64,000 bases of DNA from Octopus sinensis (Eukaryota): positions 71,424,001 through 71,488,000 of the forward strand of contig NC_043000.1 in the NCBI RefSeq assembly GCF_006345805.1. The letters run 5' to 3'. Positions 11,294-24,399 of the stretch are shown here, in pieces (position 1 is the first letter of the stretch; the number at the start of each line of letters is the position of its first letter). The translations under genes were made by a program, and so were the position numbers. The notes under the pieces are model-generated. The model was given only the letters and a program-made list of their open reading frames with translations. It did no database searches and was not told where the DNA came from.

Positions 11294-12150
11294 CAGGATA
11301 CGATGGGTAAATTGGTGCCATTTTATATTTCTAATTTTGCACATTGTTTTTAATTTTGTTGACTACACAGTATAATAGGGTCAGTTGGGCACCGTCTGTG
11401 AGAAAAACAGCACAATGACACAATTCAGTCTGCCAGAAATTTGGAAATGACATGCTGCACTGCTTGGCATTCATGCTGGAAGCTCCAATATGAAAATTTA
11501 GAGTGTTTGGGTGTCAATCTGAGGACATGTACAGAGAGTGATAAAAATCAAACATCCAGTCAACATCATGATGTTTGGAGTGATCACTAGTGTTGGCAAT
11601 ATTATGCCTCAATTCATCTTCCCACATGGCCTCAAACCCAACATGGAGGCCTACATCAAATGCCTGGAGGAGGTAGTGCTGCCCTGGGTCAAGAGAGTGG
11701 CTGCTGGAAGACCCTATGTCTGGCAACAGGAATCTGCACCATGCCACACATGCAGGAGAACTCAGTCATGGCTGTGAGGCAATTTCTGCAACCACATCAT
11801 CCCTAACATCTGGCCACTTAACTCCCCAGACTGCAAACCCCATGATTATTATGTGCGCAGTTGAGAGAGAGACCAACAAAACTCCTTGTAACACAAAAGA
11901 TGAACTGAAGGCAACGATTATGGCAGCATTTACCAAGTCAAACAAGGAGATGTCCTAGAAGAGTTGCAGGAGATTCTGAAGTTGTGTGGAAGTCGTGATT
12001 GAAGCCAATGGTGATATTATTTAATAAATTTACTCTTTAGAATTTCAAGATATTTTGATGTAATTTTGGTAAATATATCTGTTAAAATGAGATGTCAGCG
12101 TTATTTTCATTTTTGTGTAATTTAGACGACAGTTTATTCGCGGCACGCTG
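11294..12150 (+). mobile_element. Internally deleted Tc1/mariner-superfamily relic, DD37D (maT)-like
   Basis: KHPVNIMMFGVIT..PWVKRVAAGRPYVWQQESAPCH..W(PP)NSPDC(N)P..ERETNKTPCNTKDELKA; N-terminus at 11425 fused to the C-terminal half; ends only weakly inverted (tacag..ctgta). Confidence 0.75.
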
Positions 12151-12254
12151 TATATAAGAGTATGAAAATTTATGTATCTTTAATTTTTACACACATATAA
12201 TCTGAAAATTACAGTAAGTAAAGTGAGTCAATGGGTTCAGCTATGAATTTAGTA

Positions 12255-13110
12255 GTCTATCCTCAATTCCTTCTTAGCTCTACAGGCTATCACAAAGGAG
12301 TTTAAGACTGGATGTCCTTGGACGCTTCTATAAACTGAATTTCTTCTTGGAGCTGAATCTATAGTGGAATTAGAGATGAAATTCCAGGACTTGAAGCAAA
12401 ATCTAGAATCAAGAGGCCTTAGCAACTTAGCAAAGATTAATATATTAGCAAGAAGGAAAGAAGAGAAAAGTCTGGCACCATCAGGAAAAAAGTAGGTAAT
12501 ACCCAGTGTAAGCTATGAGCACATAAGTAGTTTTAGTGGAATTAACTGAGAAGATGAATTTTGTAAGTAGAAGATGTACTGGAGCATTATGCATAATAAG
12601 CATATCAAAAATAGATTCTTTGAAATTCCTGGTTGGCACACTAGAAGTAGTTGATAGTTCATGCCACTTAGGTGACACAATTAGTAGAGGAGGCAGTTGT
12701 TCAGGAAGTATTGTAGTCAGGATAAGAATCGGTTGGAAAAAGTTCAGGGAGCTACTACCTCTACAGGCAACAAATGTCTCCTCCCTCAGTTTGTAAGGTG
12801 CTAATGTTAGAGCTGAAATGATGCAAGTGATGGGACACAGGTATTGAATGCAGAAGACTTGCAAAGGTTAGAATGAAATGAAGCAAGCATGCTCTGATGG
12901 ATGTGTAATGTTAGTGTGCACACATATTAGAATACACTTGAAATGAGAGAAAAACTGGTTATCAAACAGATCAGGTGTAGTGTATAAAAAAGATGCTGCA
13001 CTGGTATGGACATGTGATGTGTATAAAGGATGACTGCTGCATAAGAAAGTGCCAAGTACTCCATATTAGTGGAACCTGTAGAAGAGGGAAACCAAGGAAA
13101 ACTCAGGAAG
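12255..13110 (+). pseudogene. RTE LINE RT C-terminal relic
   Basis: LQAITKEFKTGCPW, LEVVDSSCHLGDTISRGGSCSGSIVVRIRIGWKKFRELLP, LHWYGHVM..GTCRRGKPRKT. Confidence 0.85.
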
Positions 13111-14000
13111 ATTACTCTGAAGGCACTGCATCTCAAAGAGAAGATAACAAAGGAATGTATGGATTAGCAGAAAACCCAACCACCCACAGCAAAATATACA
13201 TTGAGGTAAGGGTAGTGTCTAGAGGTGGAGATATTTTGTATCCAACTTACTCCGTCTGACATCCTTGACTTCCACCTCATTCATCATGAATGGATTTATA
13301 GTGTTTGTTCAAAATAATTCTAATGTTTGTCATAAAGTTAAGTGAACTTGATGATGAACATTAAGGATATTTTGGATAGTACATCCTATACTTGATGTGA
13401 GGGAAGATTTTATTTACAATGATAAATACTGAAAAATCCTATAGATTACTGATAAATCTCTGCTTAATATTTTGTTTCTTTCCGGTAATTTTTCTTTTTT
13501 AATGGCAGTAAAACTTCAATTCATATTGCTTCAAGTTAAGCTACCATAGCCAGTCTTGTCAGTAATCAGCCCTATTAGATGCCTTATCTCTAACAATGAA
13601 AGTAATTATTTCTAACAAAATTGTTTTATGCCAAGGTAAAAGAGTCTTCTTCTGCAAGGGAAATTAATTGAACTGGCCCTGTATATTATTTTACTGATTC
13701 TAAAGAATCAAATTTAGTCAATTTGATCTAAAAATATTAAAGCATTGAACTCATGTTAACCATTTAATTACCATATTTCTATTGAAATATATTGCTTTTG
13801 TTTCAATTAATTTTGGAAATAAAGAATTTAGTCAAATAACTTTGTCATTATTAAATTGGTGTTTTAAACAGAACCTAGCATGAAAATTTGATGGATAGTT
13901 TTAATTTAAATCACTTTAAAAAAAAGAAGTTAGTATTATGTTACCAGAGGCAATCTCAGGTGGGTTGGGATCAAAATAGTTAATCAAGATTTTGCTTTAA

Positions 14001-14199
14001 CCTTTTAGAATTCAGATTACTCTGTCAAATGCTTATTTATTCAAATTGTTTTGAACTAATCATGCATTATCTCAAAGCTTTGAGATTTCAATGATATAAT
14101 TGTTTTTACAATGACATTGCAGGATAGGTTTGAGAGGCTGGATCTGGTCAGACTGAATGTAAAACAGGTTGAAAATTTGGGCCAGATATGGCTAAAGGG
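14001..14199. mobile_element. TTAA-flanked MITE (piggyBac-like)
   Basis: ttaa|ccttttag ... gctaaaggg|ttaa; reverse-complement homolog at 16001-16203. Confidence 0.7.
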
Positions 14200-14387
14200 T
14201 TAAACATAGTAGTTACTGATTTTGACACATCTCACTTGACTTCATATTCTGGAAGGAAAAACTTCAATTTTATTTTGTGATCAGACTCTGTTTAAAAGAG
14301 TATTGAGAGAAGACTGAAACACATTAATGCCAGGAATGTGACACAAGAACACCAAGAGACAGCTTTTGACAAAATAAAAGTACAAGC

Positions 14388-14444
<57 letters not shown>

Positions 14445-15160
14445 CACAGGACCAAGCTCTGGCCACGAACTGGGGAGTCAACCTGAGGCAAGTGCCTCTG
14501 CTGTGCTGCATCTACAATAGAGTAGATGAAACTATTGCCCATATCATGAATGATTACCCTAGACTTGCCCAAAACCACTACAAGTTGTGGTGACATGACC
14601 AGGTAGTGAAAGTGTTACACTGGAAACTGCGAAAAGTGGGGGCTAGGGAGAAGCAAGATGTGGTATGAGCACAAACCATAGAGAGTGGTAGAGTCAGAGA
14701 CTAGCAAAATCCTCTGGGATTTCCCAATCCAAACAGATCAGGTGCTAGAGCATAACAGACCGGATCTAGTGGTGGTGGGCAAGATGCACCACATTTGCCA
14801 TATAGTTGACATTGCATGCCCCTTTGACCGATGAATAGTTAAGAAGGAAGGCGTAAAGATAAAGGGATACAACTCTCTTAAGTATGAAATAGCCCGGCTA
14901 TGGAAAATGAAGAAGGTAAAGACAGTGCCAATCATTGTTGGGTCTTTGGGAACAGTATCAGAAGGCATCAAGAGGAATATAAAGGAAATTGGTATAAAAT
15001 GCCCAGTAGAACTGTTATAAAATGTTTGTCTCCTTGGCATGGCCAGAATAATCAGGAAAGTATTAGATAGCTGAAAAGAACAAATAGCACATTACCATAG
15101 GCTGCAGGTAGCAAGCCTGCTACGCATGCAAGACTCCAGGAGCTCCAGCAAAACTTGTGA
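14445..15160 (+). mobile_element. 5'-truncated R4/Dong-clade non-LTR retrotransposon (CCHC plus restriction-like endonuclease) following an (AAT)n array
   Basis: Gapped translation QDQALATN..DETIAHI..HDQVVKVLHWKL..KILWDFPIQTDQVLEHNRPDLVVV..IVDIACPFD..LKYEIARLWKM..PIIVGSLG..ARIIRKVLDS*; (AAT)n at 14388-14444. Confidence 0.82.
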
Positions 15161-16000
15161 TAAAGAGAAAAAGTGTGGATTCATTATGAAACAATTCCTT
15201 TTGCCCTCAGATAAGAATTTCTTTTTAATAAAGAAAGCACAAACAATTGAATTGATTATATTGTCATCATCTGGCTAAATGGTTTAAAGCAGGAGTGGAA
15301 AAACCTTTGACCACAAATGAAATTTCACTTTCCTTCAAATTTGAAACAATATGAAAAAAGAAAAGACAAAACAAAATAAGACTTAACATCAAAACAATAG
15401 TAAGCCATAAGATGAAAAAATTCTTTTTGTACGTTGTAATGCTTGTCTTGTGACCTTAATCATGAGTTAAAACATCTATGAACTTTTAATGTAACAGTTA
15501 CATTTATTACAGCCAACTAATGGATTTGTATCTGTTCTTGTAATTCTCCCATTTATAGGAGTTTATTATTTTTTACCAAATATGATTTTTGACGAATGTG
15601 AATTTAAGTTTTGTTCAGGTTGCTAGCTAATCACATTATCAGAAATTTAGTAGTTCATTTGCCTCATTTAACTATTTTTCATTGAAGATTTAAAATTGAT
15701 ATTGTAAACTATTTAAAAGTAGTTGATATTAATATATATAAAAAAAAAGATTTGATAGATTAAAAATGGACAATAATCATTTTTTCCCCTAAATGTAAAA
15801 AAATGGATTTTCCACCCCTAGATGTATATGAAAGATTTAACTGCAGTTTATGAATGCCACTACTTTACCAAGTAAAAAGAATAGAAAAAACTGGATAGAA
15901 ATCTGTGTTTACTCAAGTTAACATTTTAAAAAGAATTATATCTCAGCAACAAAAGAAAGTTATGAACTAATTGCAATGAAAGCTAAACTACCATGTTTAA

Positions 16001-16203
16001 CCCTTTAACATTTAAACTGGTCATAATATTCTACTTGTTTTATGTTCAAACTGGCCAGAACTGGTCTCTCACACCAACCCTTCAATATCATTCTAAAAAT
16101 TAACAGTTACCTCATCAAAATCTCAAAGCCACAAAATAATTAATTCAAAACTATCTAAATAAATAAACATTACTTTTGACAGAATAATGTGAATGCTAAA
16201 GTA
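16001..16203. mobile_element. TTAA-flanked MITE, second copy in opposite orientation
   Basis: ttaa|ccctttaac ... gctaaagta|ttaa; alignable to the reverse complement of 14001-14199. Confidence 0.65.
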
Positions 16204-16499
16204 TTAAAGGTATGTTAAAGTTGTGTTGTTACTGTTTTAACTCTAGAAAAAGCCAGTTTGTTTCAGAGTATTAGTTTATCCCAGAGGAGTATATAAGCAA
16301 CATAGTTAACAATATCCAAGTAACCTAATAACAAACTTTGTGTTTTATTCAGTAGATGTATGTGAGACAACATATAGTAAATCCAGTATAGTAGACCCTA
16401 TTTGTATGTGAGATATTGGTAAACTTTACTTTATGAGATTTATTTGCTTTAAAATCAATTCACAGAACCACCAGAGGTGAAAATTTTTCCAGGTCAAAT

Positions 16500-16960
16500 C
16501 AGCAATTAGTGATTTTCATTTATCCAACAAAATACTTAGCAATGTAATGATGGACAGTGCACCATCTATTGTATTCAGTGTATTGTAGTGAAATTTGTTT
16601 GCTTAGTAAATAGCCTGTGCTCAAGCATGTTTTAGTTGAAAGATGAAGTGAAACACTTCATGCAAGTCAAAGGCATTCCAGTTATGGAATTAGTGGACCA
16701 AAAATAGTTACGTGATTTTGGTACTGGCTGATGTCCATAGCCATTTAAATAATCTAAACTTAAAGTTACAAGGGTCAAATCAGTTTATTACTTCTCTTCT
16801 TTAAATCAATGCTGGAATTGTTCCTAATTCATCTGAAAAAGCACTGCAGGGTACATTATTAAACACCGAAACAATAGAAACCAAAATAAATATTGAAGTA
16901 TACTAGAGTGTTTCAATCTTTTTGATCAATTTCGAAAGAAGCTTCAATATTGAGAAGTCC
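16500..16960 (+). pseudogene. hAT (SPIN/GTF2IRD2-like) transposase relic
   Basis: NVMMDSAPS (degenerate TTDGAPS) and LKDEVKHFMQVKG..LADVHSHLNNLNLKLQGSNQFI. Confidence 0.65.
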
Positions 16961-18361
16961 TTGAGCTGAAACTATGAATATGTGAAATTACTTGTGGTGT
17001 AATGAGAGATGGAGCTATTAGTGTCTTACAACTCATGTTAATTCATTTTCAATCAAATATTTTCATATCCACATGTCATAGTTTAATTGAGAATTTTATA
17101 AATCCTGAGTAGATACTGAAGATTAACCACTTTTGAGGAAAGACTTATGAAAATTTCACTTACTGACCGATGTCAATAGTTTTTCTCAACTTAAAATTTA
17201 GCCAAGAACCATTTGTGTGTAAGACTTATAGCTAATAATTATATAAACAAATAAAAATTGCTGCAACATCAGTCCCATATCACCTCACTGAGCTTTGCAA
17301 AGCAAAGCAGAACCAAACTTCTCATACTGATGCAACGTAAAAAGTTAAAATTTAAAACATATTTTGTATGGCGTCTTCAATATCTCAGTAATTAAAACAT
17401 TATAATTTTCTGGCTAATTAATACATTTTAATGAATTTTGATAAATTTTATTTAGTGTTAAACTTCCTGTTTTAAAAATCTTCTAAAAACATCACATCAA
17501 AATCTATTAATTTATGTTCCAAACACCAGCAAATTTTTCTTAATAAATTCTTCATTACTTTCATAATTAATTAAGAGAAACAAAAGGATTTAAAATTCTT
17601 TATTTTCCTCAGCATAAACGTGTCCCACAAGTTCTTATGAATTTGCAATTCGCTCCTGTTACAAAACGGGTCCTTACTTCTGAACACTGGCATAGATAAC
17701 TATGTCAGTCTCCTTGGTAATATACGTAAAAATATTACAATGTCAAACGTCACAAAACTCATTCAATGCTGTTTTCATTGATTGGACAACTCACTGTTAC
17801 ACATACACATACACATTTACAACTATATCTACCACTTATAGAATTGTGCTTTCGGTAATTAGGTTTGTTTATTATTATTATTATTATTTTTAAATAGTGA
17901 CAGATTCGCTCGTATATACCATGTCTGTCACCCTTCCTAATTGATACAATCGCTGACTTGGAGGGAGCCTATACATGGTAGATCAACTTGTTAGAAATAG
18001 TAGCCAAGTGTCCCTCAAATCAAACAGAAAAAGTGTGGGGGATAATCATGACTTGAATGCCTTTAGTCGACTTGGAGGTAAATAACAAATGTAGGGATTA
18101 AATGGTTGAGTGGATAAGATAGTGATTATTTTGTTGCGTATCTGACTCGAAGACTTTATTTCTTTTTACCTCGGCTTCCAAATATATCCAAATGTATATT
18201 TGGGAATGTTAACTGCAAAAGACTAGCGCCTTGTCCCGGGAGAGATTTATTTCTCATTTACTTTATATAAAGCTTGAGCTAATTACAAACCATAAAACAG
18301 TCCTTGGTCATAGAAAACATTTACTTCCTTACACATACGCACACACATACGTGTGTATTGT

Positions 18362-18404
<43 letters not shown>

Positions 18405-18808
18405 TGCGTGTGCGTGCGTGTGTTTGTGTGTGTGTGTAGATAATATCGAGAGGAAACCTATTTTCTTCACACATGATCGATATTACACATCATGACGGGA
18501 CTTGAATCAACATGAATATCCAATACTGAGAAGCATCTCCGTCGTACTTACTATTTTCATAAGGAAATAATTCAAATCATCTTTTAAAAAATTTAACATA
18601 AAGAACTGGAGAACAGAAACAAGGTATGCGACAACGAATTTAATCTGAAGTACTGCGATGATATAATTATCAAAAAGAAAGAGAACAGAGTATCTAATAA
18701 ATCGGAAGATTACCGAGGAAAATAGAAAGGGAAAATTAGAAATAAATTGTTCTGATGTGAAAATATTCCAGACTAAATCGCTAATTCAGTTTACACGCAT
18801 TATATCAC

Positions 18809-19912
18809 GTATGTATGTATGTATGTATGTATGTATGTATGTATGTATGTATGTATGTATGTATGTATGTATGTATGTATGTATGTATGTATGTATGTAT
18901 GTATGTATGTATGTATGTATGTATGTATGTATGTATGTATGTATGTATGTATGTATGTATGTATGTATGTATGTATGTATGTATGTATGTATGTATGTAT
19001 GTATGTATGTATGTATGTATGTATGTATGTATGTATGTATGTATGTATGTATGTATGTATGTATGTATGTATGTATGTATGTATGTATGTATGTATGTAT
19101 GTATGTATGTATGTATGTATGTATGTATGTATGTATGTATGTATGTATGTATGTATGTATGTATGTATGTATGTATGTATGTATGTATGTATGTATGTAT
19201 GTATGTATGTATGTATGTATGTATGTATGTATGTATGTATGTATGTATGTATGTATGTATGTATGTATGTATGTATGTATGTATGTATGTATGTATGTAT
19301 GTATGTATGTATGTATGTATGTATGTATGTATGTATGTATGTATGTATGTATGTATGTATGTATGTATGTATGTATGTATGTATGTATGTATGTATGTAT
19401 GTATGTATGTATGTATGTATGTATGTATGTATGTATGTATGTATGTATGTATGTATGTATGTATGTATGTATGTATGTATGTATGTATGTATGTATGTAT
19501 GTATGTATGTATGTATGTATGTATGTATGTATGTATGTATGTATGTATGTATGTATGTATGTATGTATGTATGTATGTATGTATGTATGTATGTATGTAT
19601 GTATGTATGTATGTATGTATGTATGTATGTATGTATGTATGTATGTATGTATGTATGTATGTATGTATGTATGTATGTATGTATGTATGTATGTATGTAT
19701 GTATGTATGTATGTATGTATGTATGTATGTATGTATGTATGTATGTATGTATGTATGTATGTATGTATGTATGTATGTATGTATGTATGTATGTATGTAT
19801 GTATGTATGTATGTATGTATGTATGTATGTATGTATGCATGTATGCATGCATGCATGCATGCATGCATGCATGCATGCATGCATGCATGCATGCATGCAT
19901 GCATGCATGTAT
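18809..19912. repeat. About 1.03-kb pure (GTAT)n array grading into (GCAT)n
   Basis: Uninterrupted GTAT units 18809-19836, then GCAT units to about 19908. Confidence 0.98.
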
Positions 19913-20008
19913 GTATACTCGCGCGCGCACGCACGCACACACATCGTTTGTAGAAATACATAATTCCGGAGGAGAAGTACACTCTAAGATCTCAGGCCAG
20001 CAGTGTTT

Positions 20009-20069
20009 GGTGTCTGAAGATACACCGTAAGGTTAGACCCTTATGAGCGAGAAACCCAGGGTAACCCCC
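20009..20069 (+). ncRNA. Type I hammerhead-like motif (helix II base degenerate)
   Basis: ggtgt-CTGAAGA-tacac-cgtaagg/ttagac/ccttatg-agcga-GAAA-CCC-a-GGG-TA-accccc. Confidence 0.5.
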
Positions 20070-20090
20070 TAAATCGGCCTACCCCACTAT

Positions 20091-20155
<65 letters not shown>

Positions 20156-20308
20156 CAGAGACAGACAGACAGACAGACAGGCAGAGAGGGAGAGAGAGAG
20201 ATTTTGTTATAAGTTATTCTTAATAAAATGAATAATAACAACAATAATATAAGTGGTTTCTTCGACTCCGATTTTTTCAGTAATGTTAGTACCTTAATTA
20301 TAATCATG

Positions 20309-20343
<35 letters not shown>

Positions 20344-21109
20344 ATATGATAACATGTTGAAAACATATATGATCATGTGTTTGCTTTAATGTACAAGATT
20401 ATGCAATGTACATAAAAAAAATCATATCATTGTGCTGCGTGAATGTAATAAACATGGGGAAATACATTTTCAATTATGAACCTAGAAGAAAAAGAAGAAA
20501 GTTAGGCGAAGCTGAGAAAGAGGGAAGGGAGGTAATTAAAAGGAGTGAAAGGAAAGCAGCTGGTTGTATCTTACGTGGCATTCCGATAGATGGGGAGGGG
20601 TGGTAGCGTAGCACTCGTTCGCCGTCACGTTGTTATCGTCATTGTTGTGGTCGCACTGTTAGTGTTTGTAAGCAGAATCCTCACAGATGATCTTTGTGTT
20701 GATAAAATCGTTGCCTTACTCTCACTTATTATTACTATTCCCGATCTTGTTATGGTCGTCATTGCAGTACAATCACGGTAACGTTATTTAACTCGAATAG
20801 CTAAACAGAATGTTGAAATGTCTGTTAATGTATACTTGTATGTGTTTATAAACATGTACTATTATGTATATATATGTATCTATGTATGTGTGTGTGTATA
20901 TATATATATATATGTTTGTTATTACTGCAATCGTTGACGACAACGGTGGTGGTGGAGGTATTGGGTATAAATTCCTGATGAAAAATCGAACAACAGGTAT
21001 CGTCGATTTAATTCATCTGAGGGATGTTATTTCGTTTCCATGTTCGACAGACAAGGGCAAGGATGGGGCAGGAGTAAGTAGTGGGAGCCAGGGTGGGTAG
21101 TGTTGCAGC

Positions 21110-21290
21110 GGTGACGTCAGGTGCTTTGACGGTCCCGACAACTACATCATTAACGCCCTACCGAGAGATTTGAATTTAATTTTGCTGTCAGGTGCTGATT
21201 GCGGCAGGTGATGTCAAGAGACAATCTCTTGACAGGGAGTTGATTCAATCATCAACATCAATTGCTATGAATGTCAGTTACCGGCTGTCA
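21110..21290. promoter_or_regulatory. Candidate cis-regulatory motif cluster in unique CpG-rich DNA
   Basis: TGACGTCA at 21112, CAGGTG x3 (21118, 21189, 21205), TGTCA/TGACA x5 (21186, 21212, 21230, 21272, 21286), 10-bp inverted repeat at 21212-21234. Confidence 0.3.
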
Positions 21291-21655
21291 GGGTTCGACT
21301 CCATCCAGTTCTTTTCGATACCCCGCCTCCCTCGGTGCAACTGTTGCGCCAACTACACTGTTTAGCGGAAACATTTAATACGCTGGAGAGTGGTTTCCAG
21401 AACAGGTAGAATCCTGGCTTAGGTGGCAACAACTACACTAATATGTAGAATCCCTTTTTATTAGTACTGTCTTGCGACAACTATCTTCTGTTGTTACATT
21501 TACAAATGCAGAGTAAACTGAAGATGCAGTCACAAATATCTTGATTCTCTATGCATACCTATATATGATTTTATACACAAACTCACGCACGCGCGCACTC
21601 ACATTTAGTCACGGAGCTTCATAAGTATCTTATGGACTTCAAACGTAGCCCTTGT

Positions 21656-21687
<32 letters not shown>

Positions 21688-21710
21688 CAAGATTCGCTAC
21701 ACACACACAC

Positions 21711-21788
<78 letters not shown>

Positions 21789-21895
21789 GTATATATATAC
21801 ATATTCACACACACATACATACGTTGCATAGATACGCCAGCTTTAAGATAGCTTATTTGGCATTGACATTTGGTTTTGTATTTGGTGATCAGTGC

Positions 21896-21934
<39 letters not shown>

Positions 21935-21977
21935 CGTGTGTGTGTGTGTGTGTGTGTGTGCGTGTGTGTGCGTGTGC

Positions 21978-22019
<42 letters not shown>

Positions 22020-22530
22020 ATACGCTCATACACTTTGAAGCGCCGAGTGAGTTGGTATTACACACACACATATGTTCACTATCGCCAAATGGTTAAGAAT
22101 TTCGTCTCACCATCTCGTGGATCCGGATTCGATCCCACTTATTTGGCATTTTGGGCTAGTATCATTTATTTTCGATTGGCTCATTACCTTATGAGTGAAA
22201 TAAGTTAGAAGGAAACTGATTGAACGGTGTAATTTGAAGGTGTAGCCTTGTCACATTGTGTCAAACTAATTCTGCCAGAGAATTATATTAGGAATAAAAA
22301 CGTGTCTGTGGAATGAGGTAATTCGGCTGATCAAACAACTGTAATACGGTGGAGATCTGTCTAAATCTTCACACACAAACATAACTTTAATCTTGTACTT
22401 GTTTCAGTCATTGGACTGCCGGCCATTCTGAGGCATTACCTTGAAGAGTTTAATCGAATAAAACGGTCGCATTATTAAGTTTGGTACTTAATCTATCGAT
22501 ATCTTTCAGCTTGTGAGGCGTAAAAAAACC

Positions 22531-23115
22531 AAGGGGCTAAACACAGAGGGGACAAACAAGGACAGACATAGGTATTAAGTCGATTACATCGACTCCAGTG
22601 CGTAACTGGTACTTAATTTATCGACCCCGAAAGGATGAAAGGCAAAGTCGACCTCGGCGGAATTTGAACTCACAACGTAACGGCAGACGAAATACCTATT
22701 TCTTTATTACCCACAAGGGGCTAAACACAGAGGGGACAAACAAGGACAAACATAGGTATTAAGTCGATTACATCGACCCCAGTGCGTAACTGGTACTTAA
22801 TTTATCGACCCCGAAAGGATGAAAGGCAAAGTCGATCTCGGCGGAATTTGAACTCACAACGTAACACAGACGAAATACCTATTTCTATTTCTTTATTACC
22901 CACAAGGGGCTAAACACAGAGGCAACAAACAAGGACAGACATAGGTATTAAGTCGATTACATCAACCCCAGTTCGTAACTGGTACTTAATTTATCGACCC
23001 CGAAAGGATGAAAGGCAAAGTCGATCTCGGCGGAATTTGAACTCAGAACGTAACGCAGACGAAATACCGTTAAGCATTTCGCCCGGCGTGCTAACGTTTC
23101 TGCCAGCTCGCCGCC
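22531..23115 (-). mobile_element. tRNA-derived SINE with head plus three tandem core/tail units (about 175 bp period)
   Basis: Head ggcggcgagctggcagaaacgttagc at 23115; the unit gagttcaaattccgccgag..cctttcatcctttcggggtcgataa..agcccct is repeated three times. Confidence 0.85.
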
Positions 23116-23181
23116 TTATCAATACCAGTTGTCAAGACATACACAAGCACAAAGACGCATATACACACATGTACGCACGCG

Positions 23182-23223
<42 letters not shown>

Positions 23224-23232
23224 ACACACACA

Positions 23233-23311
<79 letters not shown>

Positions 23312-24399
23312 ACACTTGAGTGCAAGATAAAGAAAACAAGGTGCAGAAAGTATTCGAATACTGAAAGTAGAGTAAATAATGTTATGGAAGCTGAAAAGAA
23401 CTTCACAAATTGTTGCTCAGAGTTTCACGTAATCGTTCGCCACACAGTCGTGAATACCACAATACAATAGTTCGCAAGTATTTATAGATTACAGCGGATT
23501 AGGCGACTACTTTTCAAGATAACGGGAATATGTTGGATAAAAACGCCTGACCATTGTGGGGGGAAATGCATAAACGTTAAAATGGGTCGAATTAAATGAT
23601 AACTAGGAATTAGATTGCGAAAATTCGTAGGAACGGGTGTAAAAGTGCACATAAGAAAGAACTTATCAGAAACGAGATATTTCAAGTTATTAAGTTTGAA
23701 TTAAAACGGAAATAGAATTAAAACTACAATATGGGCAAATGAGTATCACAGGAATAATAAAATAATAGCAAAGTAATTATAAGAATAAATATATAAATTA
23801 CAAATGAGCATACTAATACTAAAACGACTTTGGGAGAAAAAAGAAAAGAATAAGGCTAAAAGAAGGAAAGGAGAGAAAAAAAGAGACAGAAAAACGTAGC
23901 TAGAGACTGAGACTAAGAGATGTTTATCTGTGTGTGTATATATGATGTACTGTCAATTTAGCTGTCTTTAACTCGAAGTTAATGATAGGGGTGACAACAA
24001 ATTGAAAGGGTATAAGAGAAAGGTAAGTCAGATAGAAAGAACAAAGCCCGAACACAGAAAATTAGAAAGTGTATGTGTGTGTGTGTGTACACACACACAC
24101 GCGCACAGAGAGAGAGAGAAACAAAGTCTGATTTTGGTATTCCTTTATTTCCTCCATTACACATGTTTCTGTGTTCGATGATAAATAATGTCAAATTATA
24201 AATGCGATTTGATAAGATCATGTGATCGTACCGAATAATATACGGGTTACACTTTAATATTAATAATAATAATAACAATAATAATGATGATGATGATGAT
24301 AATAATAATGATAATAATGATATATATATATATATATGCATATATACATACGTATATATACGTACATCTATACGTATATATATATATATATATATATAT

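Noticed and set aside
18757-20030. Six 380-400-aa ORFs (MYVC/YIHT repeats)
   Set aside because: Stop-free translation of the (GTAT)n microsatellite.
21516-21560. CTGAAGA followed by a TGCA..TGCA stem
   Set aside because: No GAAA after the stem.
22531-23115. Regularly spaced repeats as a CRISPR-like array
   Set aside because: Units are SINE core-tail duplicates with no unique spacers, in eukaryotic DNA.
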